From IMG/VR virus record IMGVR_UViG_3300044701_001468: a DNA stretch of 64,000 nucleotides; one strand, 5' to 3'. Source of the DNA: a virus. The position numbers and the translations under genes are program-made. The notes beneath the pieces are model-generated. The model worked only from the letters and a program-made list of their open reading frames with translations, did not search any database and had not been told where the DNA came from. This document shows, one piece after another, positions 47,660 to 59,600 of this stretch (positions are counted from its first letter, which is position 1; every line of letters begins with the position of its first letter).

Positions 47660-48453
47660 AGCAATTCAATACCCTCGTTGAATCCAAAGTCATCTCCTGG
47701 CATCAGAAGTAGATCATCATTTGCATCGATATCGTTGTCGCCATCTTGGTCAGTCAATGCCTTTGGAGTTACATCGTAACGTAGGGCTCTCTTATGTTCA
47801 TTAAAATCACCAAGAGTTTCAAATACTGTTGCCTTGCGAATAATTTGTGCATCACTAACTGGACCATACATATAAGTTTTGAGTGTAAAATCTAATGTAT
47901 ACGTGATTGCTCTTCTACGCATCATATCATCTTCATAATCATCTTCGTAATTAATATTATTTAAAATAATTGGAAGATCTTTTTTCTCATCCATTTCTGG
48001 AATGAGATTAACTGTTACGTTGAATGATGGTTGAAAGAATGGTAGAATCTGTTCTAAAATCTGTAACGCATCATCTTGGTTCTTTGAAAGAATTGCTAGT
48101 TCAAAGTTAAGATTGTATGGAACTGGCATGTACTGAACTTTTACAGCATCAGTACCACTTTGCTTCAAGTACTTTTGAATAGGTGATGTTTTTCTTTGTG
48201 CATCATAAGTGATCCCAGTCATCTCAAAAGAGATGCGAGGCATTGTAATGCTAACCTTACGCTCAGTGCTTGGATCTTGATCTAGGCGAGCAAGAAACTT
48301 ACTTTTGGGACCATAGGCAAGAGCTACCTTTTCCTGTCGAATTACAGCGCCAGTATCTGGATCTTTCTTCTCAATTTGAATATTGTTGAAGATAGTTCCG
48401 AATGCCTTTACATTCTTTTTAATAATTTCGTGATAAAAATGATTTCCTAACAT
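47656..48453 (-). CDS. gp15: Tail sheath stabiliser/terminator
   Basis: FGTIFN, AYGPKSKF, PRISFEM, EQILPFFQP. Confidence 0.93.
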   Translation of the reverse strand: MLGNHFYHEIIKKNVKAFGTIFNNIQIEKKDPDTGAVIRQEKVALAYGPKSKFLARLDQDPSTERKVSITMPRISFEMTGITYDAQRKTSPIQKYLKQSGTDAVKVQYMPVPYNLNFELAILSKNQDDALQILEQILPFFQPSFNVTVNLIPEMDEKKDLPIILNNINYEDDYEDDMMRRRAITYTLDFTLKTYMYGPVSDAQIIRKATVFETLGDFNEHKRALRYDVTPKALTDQDGDNDIDANDDLLLMPGDDFGFNEGIELL

Positions 48454-49349
48454 TAGAATACTCCCATATCTCCATATTCACCAAATGGATTACCCTCGGT
48501 GAAATCAAGGATAGCATCTGCTTTGGTTTCTAATACTTTATTTTGATCGTTATCGTAGTTATCAATCTCAAACTCAATTGTGGAGAATGAATCTATGACC
48601 CAAGAAGCACCGCTATCTTGTCCTACTAGAGGAACGTTCTGTTGTAATACTCCATTTATATATGTTAAACGAAGTTTACGACTTGCTGGTAACCACTCAG
48701 CAACAGTTGCTTTTGTTGTAACTGCAGAACCATCGACAATAAAAGTCTGTTCTACTTCTTCACCCGCTATATAAGTGCCAGTTCCACCAACCTTAACAAA
48801 TGCTGGAAATACATGAGACTCTTGTGTGAGATCATCAATAAGTGGATCGCCAGTATTGAAGTAGTTGTCGGCATTCTCGATGAGTTCGCAAGTTAAAGAA
48901 AAAATATAATTTTTTCCTAACTGATAAAAAGGAACTTCTCTTTCAACAAATTTAATCTCATAAAGATTTTTTGTCATTGGAACATATAAAAGATCTCCTT
49001 CATTTGGTCTATTAGGAACTCTTGTATCAATCTCTGTTTCTACATAGTTGATCCATCTTCTTTTGGATACAGCATATGTAATTTCATCAGATAATCTGAG
49101 ACCAAACTTAGACATTGCAACAGCACCAGAACCACCAAAACCTTCTACGTTAATTAACATCATCTCGATCATTACCTTATCTTCAAATTTAGATAAGATA
49201 ACATCGTTGAGTGTTTTATCAATCAACATAGTTTTTGGCACGTAGATAACATCTTGACCGAACAATTGTATCTGTTCGTCAACTAAATCTTGAATGAGCG
49301 TTTGCTCGTTGTCTGTTCCGCCAAATTGTGTGAAGTATTGACTTTTCAT
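48453..49349 (-). CDS. gp14: Neck protein
   Basis: EQIQLFGQD, PNEGDLLY, FYQLGK, DFTEGNPFG. Confidence 0.93.
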   Translation of the reverse strand: MKSQYFTQFGGTDNEQTLIQDLVDEQIQLFGQDVIYVPKTMLIDKTLNDVILSKFEDKVMIEMMLINVEGFGGSGAVAMSKFGLRLSDEITYAVSKRRWINYVETEIDTRVPNRPNEGDLLYVPMTKNLYEIKFVEREVPFYQLGKNYIFSLTCELIENADNYFNTGDPLIDDLTQESHVFPAFVKVGGTGTYIAGEEVEQTFIVDGSAVTTKATVAEWLPASRKLRLTYINGVLQQNVPLVGQDSGASWVIDSFSTIEFEIDNYDNDQNKVLETKADAILDFTEGNPFGEYGDMGVF

Positions 49350-50161
49350 TATCCGATAGCATCCATTGGTGGAATCTCGTAATCAGAAATCATCTTGCTT
49401 TCAATCTCCGCAATCTCTCTAATGGCATCTTCATAGATCTGACGACCATTATACGAGACACCACCAGGAAGTTGAACGCCATTAAACTTGATTAAATTCT
49501 GCCCCCACTGACGTTTGAAGAGAGCAGTTACATATCTCTTCAACCAAAAATCATTCCAAATTTTTGTTAAGTTTGTTGGATCTAATGCTCTATAACAATC
49601 AATAATAAAAATTTTTCCTTCGGTCATTAATGTGGCATCATAATCAATATAGAGTTTTCCATTTCTTTTGGTGAATCTATACTGAACAATTGAACCAGTA
49701 TTGAGTACCATGTCTAGTGTCTCAATATATGTTTTGGTCATATAGTAATTTAAAATGTCAATAGAACCAAAAGCATACAAGTCGTTCAGGAAGATTTGAT
49801 ACTCAATACCAAATAGGTCTCCTCTGATGCTACTTGATGTTAATCCAAAAATTCTTTCGATACCAATGATGTGATCTGGTAGTTGTAGATAGTTATTTCT
49901 TTCAGTAAACGTTGTTCCGTCTGAAGATGTATGAGTGGTGTTTGTTGATTTAAAACGTGTAATATCAGCAGATGTCATTGTGTGCTTGAGATACATTCTC
50001 TCAGCACCATCAAAATGACGTTCTTGAAAATATTGTAATGCTTCGTCAATACGATCTTCTAGTTGCGAATCAGCAACGTTAATTTGAAGAACGGGCGAAC
50101 CAAGTTCACGCAAACAATATTGTTTTAATTCTTCTCTCGTTGCTGGTTTTGTTGCCGACAT
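49349..50161 (-). CDS. gp13: Neck protein
   Basis: YCLRELG, YFQERHFDG, KRQWGQNLIKF, LPGG. Confidence 0.94.
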   Translation of the reverse strand: MSATKPATREELKQYCLRELGSPVLQINVADSQLEDRIDEALQYFQERHFDGAERMYLKHTMTSADITRFKSTNTTHTSSDGTTFTERNNYLQLPDHIIGIERIFGLTSSSIRGDLFGIEYQIFLNDLYAFGSIDILNYYMTKTYIETLDMVLNTGSIVQYRFTKRNGKLYIDYDATLMTEGKIFIIDCYRALDPTNLTKIWNDFWLKRYVTALFKRQWGQNLIKFNGVQLPGGVSYNGRQIYEDAIREIAEIESKMISDYEIPPMDAIG

Positions 50162-50174
50162 TTACCAGTCCTAT

Positions 50175-50226
50175 AAAAAATCCCTACATGTATTTAGCAT
50201 GTAGGGACATTGGGTGCCTATTTATA
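50175..50226 (-). promoter_or_regulatory. TATAAATA (50219-50226) followed by a perfect 10-bp terminator hairpin whose loop is the late element CTAAATA
   Basis: TCCCTACATG-CTAAATA-CATGTAGGGA-T6 (hairpin 50181-50207). Confidence 0.75.
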
Positions 50227-50229
50227 AGG

Positions 50230-50427
50230 TCATTCTACGACTTCGGTAGGAGTCGTTTCAGTTGGCTCTTCCGATTCTGGATTCAAAAGTGCTAGAGTTT
50301 CTAGACCACCTTGTAGTTTTAGGCGATATTCTTTCGCCTTTTCTAGATCTGCTTCTAGTTGAGTAATTTGCTCATTAGCAGATTTTAATTGATTTTCGAA
50401 ATTTTCTTTCAGAGTTGCAGTATCCAT
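50230..50427 (-). CDS. 65-aa coiled-coil protein
   Basis: Heptad pattern; late element CTAAATA at 50456-50462. Confidence 0.65.
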   Translation of the reverse strand: MDTATLKENFENQLKSANEQITQLEADLEKAKEYRLKLQGGLETLALLNPESEEPTETTPTEVVE

Positions 50428-50441
50428 GATTTCCTCAATAA

Positions 50442-52151
50442 TTACAGAGTTGTTTTATTTAGTACGGAGATATGAAGACCATTCCACCAACTGGATGAAT
50501 CTTCGTATTGTGTAGTGAGAAGTTGCTTCTCATATAAAATATTTATCTTTGAAAAATTTATGAAGTCTTTTACGGATTTTACTACTCCTTCGAAATTGGC
50601 ATCATCTATGACTAGTATAAAAGTATCTTCAAATAACGGCAATAAATGTTTTAAACATTTCATTTGATCAATATAATCATGACTACCATCATAAAATATT
50701 ATATTGGGTTTAACAAATGACAAGTCTATAGATTGTAAATCTTCTATTTTTTTATCTATTAACTTTCCGTTTATTTTATATTTTTTTATGTTATCTAATA
50801 AAGTATATTTTGGTTTTGAATAACCCGACCACTGAATATCTAATCTAGCGGGTGCTATTTCAGTTTGATAATTATCTATAGCAAATCCAATTGCATCGGT
50901 GTTCATAATTGCTGGTATAAATGTGCTTCCAGCATAAGAACCCAACTCTAAATATTTGGCATCTTTTATAGAACATAAGTTGTTTAAAAAATGTCTAACT
51001 CTATTTGAAGACAATCCTTCAATAGAAAAATTTTTGTCATCAAATTTAGAAATATTTTTTCCAGAGTTATCCAAAGAATTAATTACATGTTGTACATATG
51101 GATGTAATTGTTTGTCGTATTTTTTTACTCTAGATTCTATAACTGATTCACAATAATTACATTTCCAGCAATCAAATTTACAATTTTTTATTTTTTGCCG
51201 CCAAATATCTATTGGTTTATTTTCAATATGAATGTCGTGAATATATTCGTTAAAATTTTCAAATAACAACTCTTCGTTATTTGCCCATCTTTTTATGATA
51301 TTCATAGATTCATTCAATCTCATGGCAGATTCTCTGCCATGCATTTTAAAAACATCAATTCCCAGATCTATAAATTCTTCCCAATCTTTTTTCCATGGAG
51401 GAATATTGGCAGCCTTTAAAGATGCTGCGGGATCCAACACAGACCATTTAGCACAAGAAACTCTACTAATAGAATCTCCAAAATATTCTGGATTTTCTAC
51501 TTTTCTACTATTATTATAATGATAATGTTCTGGCATGATCGGACAACCACCCCAGCAATTTTCGTTCGATAGTAAAGATAATTTTACTGGTTTCCCTATA
51601 GATTCACAATATTCCTTTGCCTCTTTAATTGCGTTAAGTTGGTCACGATCTCGCATTAAATCTCTATCGAGATTAATGTAATGAAATCCTGCCTTTGCTA
51701 AAGATACAATTTCGTTTGGTCTGGTAACTTCGCGTAAAATAGTATTTTTAATATAAAGTTCTGGAAATTTTTCTTGTATTTGTCCAGTAAGTAACCATGT
51801 AGTGTGTGGAATAGTTGCTATTCTTACGCCAGCATTATATAATGGTTCAAAATTTGTTATGAATAGATCTAAATTTTCTTGATCTGGTCGAACAAAAATA
51901 TTATTAAATGTTGCAGATAAAGGTATTCCAGTCTGTTTTGAAATATAAAGAGAATTGAATGTTGTTTGTTTTTGATCTGCAAAAATATCTCCCATAGCAT
52001 CTTGCTCAAATGGAGGCATTCTGCATGTGAAATATAAATCAAAAATATATTTTTTGTGTTCTATTAAAAATGGTATTAATGTATTTTCTACAAAATCTTT
52101 AGGAAGCTTTGGATTTAGTGGAAGACTGAAGACCTTTTGGTAATGATCCAT
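50442..52151 (-). CDS. U32-family-like domain fused to a class I SAM methyltransferase
   Basis: LDRD, NENCWGGCP, FKMHGRE, CKFDCWKCNYC; YLELGSYAGST, FYDGSHDY, VIDD. Confidence 0.7.
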   Translation of the reverse strand: MDHYQKVFSLPLNPKLPKDFVENTLIPFLIEHKKYIFDLYFTCRMPPFEQDAMGDIFADQKQTTFNSLYISKQTGIPLSATFNNIFVRPDQENLDLFITNFEPLYNAGVRIATIPHTTWLLTGQIQEKFPELYIKNTILREVTRPNEIVSLAKAGFHYINLDRDLMRDRDQLNAIKEAKEYCESIGKPVKLSLLSNENCWGGCPIMPEHYHYNNSRKVENPEYFGDSISRVSCAKWSVLDPAASLKAANIPPWKKDWEEFIDLGIDVFKMHGRESAMRLNESMNIIKRWANNEELLFENFNEYIHDIHIENKPIDIWRQKIKNCKFDCWKCNYCESVIESRVKKYDKQLHPYVQHVINSLDNSGKNISKFDDKNFSIEGLSSNRVRHFLNNLCSIKDAKYLELGSYAGSTFIPAIMNTDAIGFAIDNYQTEIAPARLDIQWSGYSKPKYTLLDNIKKYKINGKLIDKKIEDLQSIDLSFVKPNIIFYDGSHDYIDQMKCLKHLLPLFEDTFILVIDDANFEGVVKSVKDFINFSKINILYEKQLLTTQYEDSSSWWNGLHISVLNKTTL

Positions 52152-52878
52152 TCAATTCACCTTTATATTCTTTAAGTTGTTTTAATAGAGGAACTTCTAG
52201 ATTTTCTTCTATGCCATGGAAAGTTGGAAGTGCCATGCTGTCTGAACGTTCTAAATCCTGTAGATATGGCATTAATTTTTGTTGAATTTTACCTATACTG
52301 ACATTGAGCAGTCCAGAATATTGAACAGCAACTTGAATAGTTGCTAGTTGGTCTTCTTCTGATAACATAGCAATAGAGTCCATGTTACCAATACCAATTC
52401 TACCACTTGTTGCTAAATCTAGTGCTGCTTGTTTTCCTAATCTAGCAATCCAATATTTCCTTTCTTGTTCCTCATCATATGATAAGTATTTTTCCAACTC
52501 TTCTGTTGGCATTTCTAGATCTTGTAAATATTTGATAAAACAATCAAATTCATTATCTAATGCTTTCTTTTTTCTCCTATAAGTTTCATTATCTATTTCC
52601 AAATCTTCTAAATCAATTAATAAAGATTCTCTTTCAAATTCATCTTCACATTTTTCTAGTTTACTTTTAATTTTTTTTATTTCTAAAAGTGTTCTTTTAT
52701 TTTGAATAACAACTTTTTGCAAATTGTGATATCTCTGCTCGACCTCAAGTAACGCCTGTTTGATTTGTCTTTCTTTTGTTACGTGAGACCTCATAACAAA
52801 AAAGTTAATTTGCTCTGGTGACATACCAGAGCACCATTGTTCAGCAATTTGTATAACTTCTTCTTTTGATAATGCCAT
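52099..52878 (-). CDS. Coiled-coil hypothetical protein of the fibre cassette
   Basis: Long helical core then YWIARLGKQAALDL..GRIGIGN. Confidence 0.65.
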   Translation of the reverse strand: MALSKEEVIQIAEQWCSGMSPEQINFFVMRSHVTKERQIKQALLEVEQRYHNLQKVVIQNKRTLLEIKKIKSKLEKCEDEFERESLLIDLEDLEIDNETYRRKKKALDNEFDCFIKYLQDLEMPTEELEKYLSYDEEQERKYWIARLGKQAALDLATSGRIGIGNMDSIAMLSEEDQLATIQVAVQYSGLLNVSIGKIQQKLMPYLQDLERSDSMALPTFHGIEENLEVPLLKQLKEYKGELNGSLPKGLQSSTKSKAS

Positions 52879-52896
52879 AATAAACTCTTTTAATAA

Positions 52897-53652
52897 TTAA
52901 AAATTAAATCCAGTTCCTACTGGTTTTCTGTAAACAGTTCCATCTTCTTTTTCTATAAATCTACCACATAATTTTGCTTGCTCGCCATGCATAGGAACAT
53001 TAAAATAATCTTCGTATAAGACGTTCAATTCTTCAATAGATTTTGCTTGGTAGAATTCTTCTTTCAACTCTTGTAAACGCAAGTATAGTGATTTAATATT
53101 CGAATCATATTCTTGTTTTTTATTATTTATTTTGATTATCAAATCTTCTTTTGTGGTTCTTTTTGCTATGGCCAAATTAGCAACAAATTGTTCATCATTC
53201 AATTGATACTGCCAGGTATTCATTTCGAGTTGAGATGTAGTCGTAACAATTTTTTTATATCTATTTTCAAACTCTTCTTCTAATATTAATTTAGATAAGA
53301 ATTGCATAGTTTTAATAACGCAATCATATCTTTTTTGACTCATAGGTATTTTAATTTTATCACTGAATACGGATTCATAATACGAAGAATCTAAATTTTC
53401 TTCATATTCAATATTGAGATCAATGTCTTCTTTAAGAATTTTAATTTCCGATCTCGGATCTCCAAAAGACCTAAAACCAAAAATAGCCATTTCTTGATCT
53501 ATTTCTATAAATTTTGAAACATATTTTTTTAAATTTTCAATTTCATATTCTTCTATAGAAAAAGAATTCCAATTTAAAATATTTCCGTATGGAATATATG
53601 TTGATAATTTTGACAATCCTAGATCATCGTTAGATAGATAGTACTTTTTCAT
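52897..53652 (-). CDS. Hypothetical protein, possible tail-fibre assembly chaperone
   Basis: Directly after the fibre; SQLEMNTWQYQ resembles the E..TW..Q motif of fibre chaperones. Confidence 0.5.
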   Translation of the reverse strand: MKKYYLSNDDLGLSKLSTYIPYGNILNWNSFSIEEYEIENLKKYVSKFIEIDQEMAIFGFRSFGDPRSEIKILKEDIDLNIEYEENLDSSYYESVFSDKIKIPMSQKRYDCVIKTMQFLSKLILEEEFENRYKKIVTTTSQLEMNTWQYQLNDEQFVANLAIAKRTTKEDLIIKINNKKQEYDSNIKSLYLRLQELKEEFYQAKSIEELNVLYEDYFNVPMHGEQAKLCGRFIEKEDGTVYRKPVGTGFNF

Positions 53653-53655
53653 CGA

Positions 53656-56600
53656 TTAAACCCCCGTGTATCCAGAAATGACACTACCAAATTCTGTTCC
53701 AGCAGCAGATGCAGCTCCACCTGGACCTACTCTGTTTACAGAACTATTGAATGTGAATGTATCTGCAGTGTAGTTCATAATACCACCTTGATTGTTCTGA
53801 GCACCATTGTACATACCACACATGAAACCATTATTATTACCTGTATGTAGGCTCTCTTCTCCTGTTGCGCCAGGTTTTGAAATAGTTGCAACTTCTACTC
53901 CAGTATCCATTGTTCTCTTAGACCAGTTAGCTCCTGTTGAATAACCACCACCAGTGTTCCAATATCCTCTATTATTTCTTGCAGAAATAGTTTTGTTTGA
54001 ACCATCTGTTCCAGGAGGACTATTCCATCCGACATATGTTTCTGTTGCCCATGGATAATAATAACCATTGCTCTTCTTAGTCCATCCATAAATAGCACCA
54101 TATCCACCAGCTGGGTTGTTTACGGCACCTTCGGGATTTCCGTTTGGTGCTAATGCACAAGTATCATTGGTTAGATTGAATCTATCTGGTCTACCATCAC
54201 CAGCACCATATACATATGCGAATCTAAAATCTCTTCTCATTAATGTTGCTCTATTTCTTGCAGATGTTACGGATGTAGTTCCAGCATTAGCATTTGTATT
54301 CATGTTAACTTTAGATACGGTTGCCGAAGTGCCATCCCAACTATCAGCAGTTGTGAATACATATGCAACCATGCCTAAACTTTGAGCTCCTGCACAATAC
54401 GCATCACTGAATGTTAGTAAGTCTCCCAAGTTTGATTGAGTTAATGTGGCATGAGTTAATGAGTTTACATTTTTCCATGATGTCGCGTTTTGATATCCAG
54501 CGAGAGTATACCCTCTAGTAATAGTAAATGCGGACTGATATTGAGTTGCTAGATCAACTTCCCAATACGCATTAGTTCCATTACTTTTTAATGTGGCACC
54601 AATTGTAGATGCGCTTTGTGCAGGTAGTGGGTTGAATAATACACCATTTTTATAAATCTCACCCTGAATATTTAAAGCACCACCAATCTGACATGCGTAT
54701 GCCGAGTTTGTTGATTCGGTTCTAATACCGACATAACCATTAGAATCAACTCTAATACCTGTGGTTCCATTACCACCAGCACGAACATAAACACCATAAC
54801 CAGATCTTGCGGAAATAAAAGTGTCTTCATTTCTACTGAGAACTAGATAATCACCATTATTTGTGTTTGTGCTATGTCTTAATGCGCCATATGTAGTATC
54901 TGCTGGCCAAGTTCTGAGTTGCATTCCACCAGCTGAGGTGATAATACCGCTAGAAGCATCAACGTTTCCACCGAATGTTGCATTATTATTAGTTAAATCT
55001 ATCGTAAGTGGCCATCTACTATTGGCAACTTGCGCCCAGTTTGGTTCAACAGCATTATTTGCTCCACCTAAAATATAGAAAAGATTACTATTTACATGAA
55101 TAAATGCACTTCTGTTATCTGAATCTTGGAAAGTAATTGTCGGTGCTGTTCCAGATAATCTCAAACCATCGCTATCTGCACCAGAAATTTGTAAATTCTG
55201 GTTCATATTTACAGCAGACCAACCATTTATGTTTAAACTATATGATGTGCTATCACTAGTTAGTTGACCATTTCCACCACTATCCAAACCAAAATAGTAT
55301 CTTCTTGTTCCGCTCCATGCGAATCCCATGTATGCCCAAGAATTATCTGTGGCATTTAGATATAACATTTGGTCGGTAGTTGTAGCAATAGTTACTGCAT
55401 CAGAGAATAAAGCAGTGCCATTGACATCTAACTTGTAACCTGCAGTTGGAGATCTACCAATACCAATTCTACTATCAGAAGTAGCAACTAATGTATTTGC
55501 AGCAGCTTCACCGCTGAACTGATACATCACTTTGGTCCATGCTCTATCTACAATTTCGAATGATGTTCCTGCTGCCGAAGAACCACCTAGTTGAATTGTG
55601 TAAGTTCCTAGAGTTCTGTCCGAACCTCTACCTCTCCAAGCTTCTCCTGTGTTTGTTGTACCGATTGTAAAACTACCACCTCTGATAGCACCAGCAACTT
55701 CTAGTTTTGTGCCAGGATTAGTTAATCCAACACCGACACGATCGTTTGTTGGGTCAACATATAATGTGTTTGTGTCAACTGTTAAACTAGCACCAGCAGC
55801 AATTGTTACGTTTCCACTTAACGTAGAAGTTCCGCCAACACTCAAGTTACTGCTTGCTCCACTGATGGTTAGTGAACCAGTCATGGTATCACCAGTCTTC
55901 AATACGTTGAGAGAAGCGGCACCAGTCAAACTAGCAGTGATAGTACCAGCAGCAAAGTTGCCAGAGGCATCACGCTGAACAGCAGCACTCAATACATTGT
56001 TCGAAGCAAATACAATGTTGCCAGCATTCCAAATGGCGTTATTATTAATTGTAACAGAACTAGACGTTGCTGCGACAATATTTAAATTGCCAGATCCATC
56101 AGTTGCATTACCACCAGAAGCAATTAATGCAACGTTATAATTAGTTGCTGCTGAAGAACTACTATTGAAATAAATTGCAGGAGATGAAGCAGTACCATCC
56201 TTTCTGCCGAGTTTTAATCTGCCAGTTCCAGTATCGCTAACAAGAGAAGCTGCGGTGAAAGTTCCAGATGAATTTATTGTGTAATCTTGGAACGCAACTC
56301 TATTAGATGCTGTACCAATTGTCAATGCTCCAGTAAAAGTACCAGTTGTCAGAACACCTCTAATAATAGTGTAGTCTAGTACATCATCAGCGTCATTATA
56401 TGTAATGATATTTGTAATCAGTATAGTTCCCGTGCCTTGCGAGTTTACATCGTAAAGATTGACGTTTTGACCAGCGAGGAATGGTGATGTGGTGAGTACA
56501 TAACCACTGACGTAAATATCATAATAAGGATTATTTGTTGTACTTAAAATATTTACTGCAGTATTGAAATTCTTTTGAGAAATATATGATGGAATATGAT

Positions 56601-59600
56601 TGTCACTTAAAATACCTGTATTGATATTGTATGCATTTTGATAGAATGATCCTTGTCTGTTATCAAGTTTATCTGCGTCTAATCCAGTTCCAGGTCCATC
56701 ATTTAAATCTGTCCAGACTTTAGCCCACGAACCAAATGTCGTCACACCAGTTCCAGAACCACGAAGCCACATGTTGTTGTTGTCTGTAAATGCAAGTTGC
56801 CTTACACCACCAAAAGTAGCATCAAAACCAGAAGAACCATTTCTTAATGTGAGAACGAGGTGCTTGGTTCCACCATCATCCAAACTATCGGAGGCATTAT
56901 TTCTTGTGTCAGCAATAATACCTTCTGCAAATGCGTTAGGTGAAGGTGATGATGTTGGGTTGTTTGTGGAAGTAATGAGACGTAGTGTATTACCAGACTG
57001 ACCAGAAATAGAGATGTTATATGTCCCAGCAAGACGATCAACTGATAATGTTCCTTGATTTAGGTTGCTAGCATTCAAGTAGTAAGCGCCTTGTGCGCCA
57101 TCAAGCAAGTCAGCATCTAATCCACTATCAGCACCAGTCTTGAGTGTCACTGATCCGTTGCCAGCAGCACCTAGAGTAAATTGTGACTTTTGGAATCTAG
57201 CAACACCAACAGAACCATATGGATCAGCAGAGATAGTTAGATCATCAACTCTCTTAATATCAACAGCAGCATTTGCATAGTTTTTATTAGTTGTGGCTAA
57301 TTTTGCTAGAAGAACTAATCCAGATCCAGAACCAATACCAGATGGTGCAGAAGTAACACTAAAATCAGCATTGTAATTAACGCCACCATTTGTTACTGTC
57401 ACGGTAGTTACTGCGTTACCAGAAACAATAATATTTGCTTTTAATCCAGTTCCAGTACCGCCTGATAAAGAAACATCAAAATATGAACCATTTGTAAATC
57501 CACTACCACCATTAGCAATAACTACGCTATCAACAAAGTTTCCTAGTGTATAAGCGGCATCAATAATTAATGGAGATGCTGGACGAGTAAATTGAATAAT
57601 TGTGCCAGCAGAAATATTTGCTGTTACTGGGTTATTCAGTTGAACTGTCGTAAATCCAGCAGCAGTTACAACAGAATTAACTAAAGTTCCTATTGGAATG
57701 CCAGTAACGTCATTAACAATTCCGTGACCCTTGAGAATGTTGGCATTTGTTGTGAATACAAATGTACTTGATCCAGAAGAAACAGCATTATTTAACTTAG
57801 CAAAGTATCTTGTTTCAGTTCCCTTCAGAGATTGGAGAACAGGAGCATAAGATTGATCTCCTCTTAAGAATGTATATGAGTTTGCTTCGGACGAGTTTTG
57901 TGCCAAACGAGTTGTTGCAATAACACCAGAAGTGATCGCATCAGCTGAGATTTGGTTTGATGATAGGGATACCCAGTTACCATTTAATTTTGAAGATGTA
58001 TTGATTACACGGGAGATATCAACAATAGTTCCTGTTGGGGTATTATTTGATGTAACTGTATCAGTATCTACAATCTTAATTTGATTTACAATATCTCCAT
58101 ACAATCTATTTTCAATCAAAGCTGAACCAGTGGCAGTTACACCAGCACCACCAGGACCAGTAAACACTACTGATGGTTGTGTGGTGTATCCTTTACCACC
58201 AATATATCCGTTATTTTCTGTAATAGTTACCGATACAACCTGACCATTAGCAATCGTACAAGTCGCGGTTGCTGATACAGCACCACCTTGAGGATTACCG
58301 CCAGAAATGACTATGGTTGGTGGAACGGTGTACCCAGAACCAGGGTTGGTAATGTTAATTTTCCAAACTACACCCTGACGATATTCTGTTGCTTGAATCT
58401 GACCACCAGAACCAGAACCAGTGAAGATGTTTCCAGTGTTAAATACTAGTGCTGTATCTACAGGGAAACCAAGATACAAACTGGTTAAGTCATTATTGAG
58501 GATGTAAGATACCGATGTATCTGCCTGAATAGCAATATCACCAGCAAGTGCTCCTTCTAATGCAAGACGAGCCGCCTGATTTGCCACTGTATAGACGTTG
58601 AAAGGTCTTAAGGCAGGGATCTGGTCAATAGAGATCTTACCGCTGTCTGTGAGTTCTACGAGCGCCCTAGGGACGGCATTCGTGGAGTATGGCTTGTTGA
58701 TGTATGGTCCAAGGTTATTCGAGATGTAATCCTTAACTGCCTTTTGTGTAGGTAGTTTGGAGTCAGTTGAGAAAGCACCACCGAGAGTGTTAGAAGCATC
58801 GAAACCAGTAACAACAACGTCACCACCCTTAAGTTTGAGGAATTCAACTTCCGAGATAGTAACTGTACCTGTAAAGGTAATAGCACCAGTTCTGTTCTCA
58901 ATACGAGCAAAATAACCTACCTTAAAGTCACCAAGTTCGTCAGTACCAGAGGTATATACACGACCATAGTTTTCCGAAACTTGTTCGTATGCTTCAATCT
59001 TAATACCACCATTTTCTGGCAGAGCATTATAGTTTGTGCCCGATCCAGCAAATTCCCAAGTGTGACCAGATGAGTTAACAATAGAAGGTCTATGTAGTTT
59101 AATTGTCTTGCCAACAAACTCTGTGTTTGAATTTCCAACAGGAACTCCAGTAGAGGTCTTAGTAAAATCAGCTCCCTCATTTAGAATAATTGTTGCACTG
59201 AAGGGAGGACCAACCGTTACGTTTCTTACTGATTCAATAAAATATTCTATGTTTGTATTTGTGTTCGTGTATCCATCAATTTTGACAACATAATGTTCGA
59301 ATGGTCTTCTGCCTAAACCACTAACCGTAATTTCTGTTTTTCCTGTAACCGATGTACTAATATTGGTAATAGTTCCAATATCGAATGCATATGGATCTTT
59401 TCTATACCCACGCGCCCTTAGAGCATAGATACCAAAGTTTGTAGCAGCGTTGGTAACGGAAGCATAACCACCACTATCAGCATAAACACCATCAGCACAG
59501 AATAGAACGAACACGGAAACCAACTGGCAGTAACCATCGTTGACCACTCGATATCCTGTTCCACCAAATGAAACAATAGTGAACTGGGCAGCAACCATGG

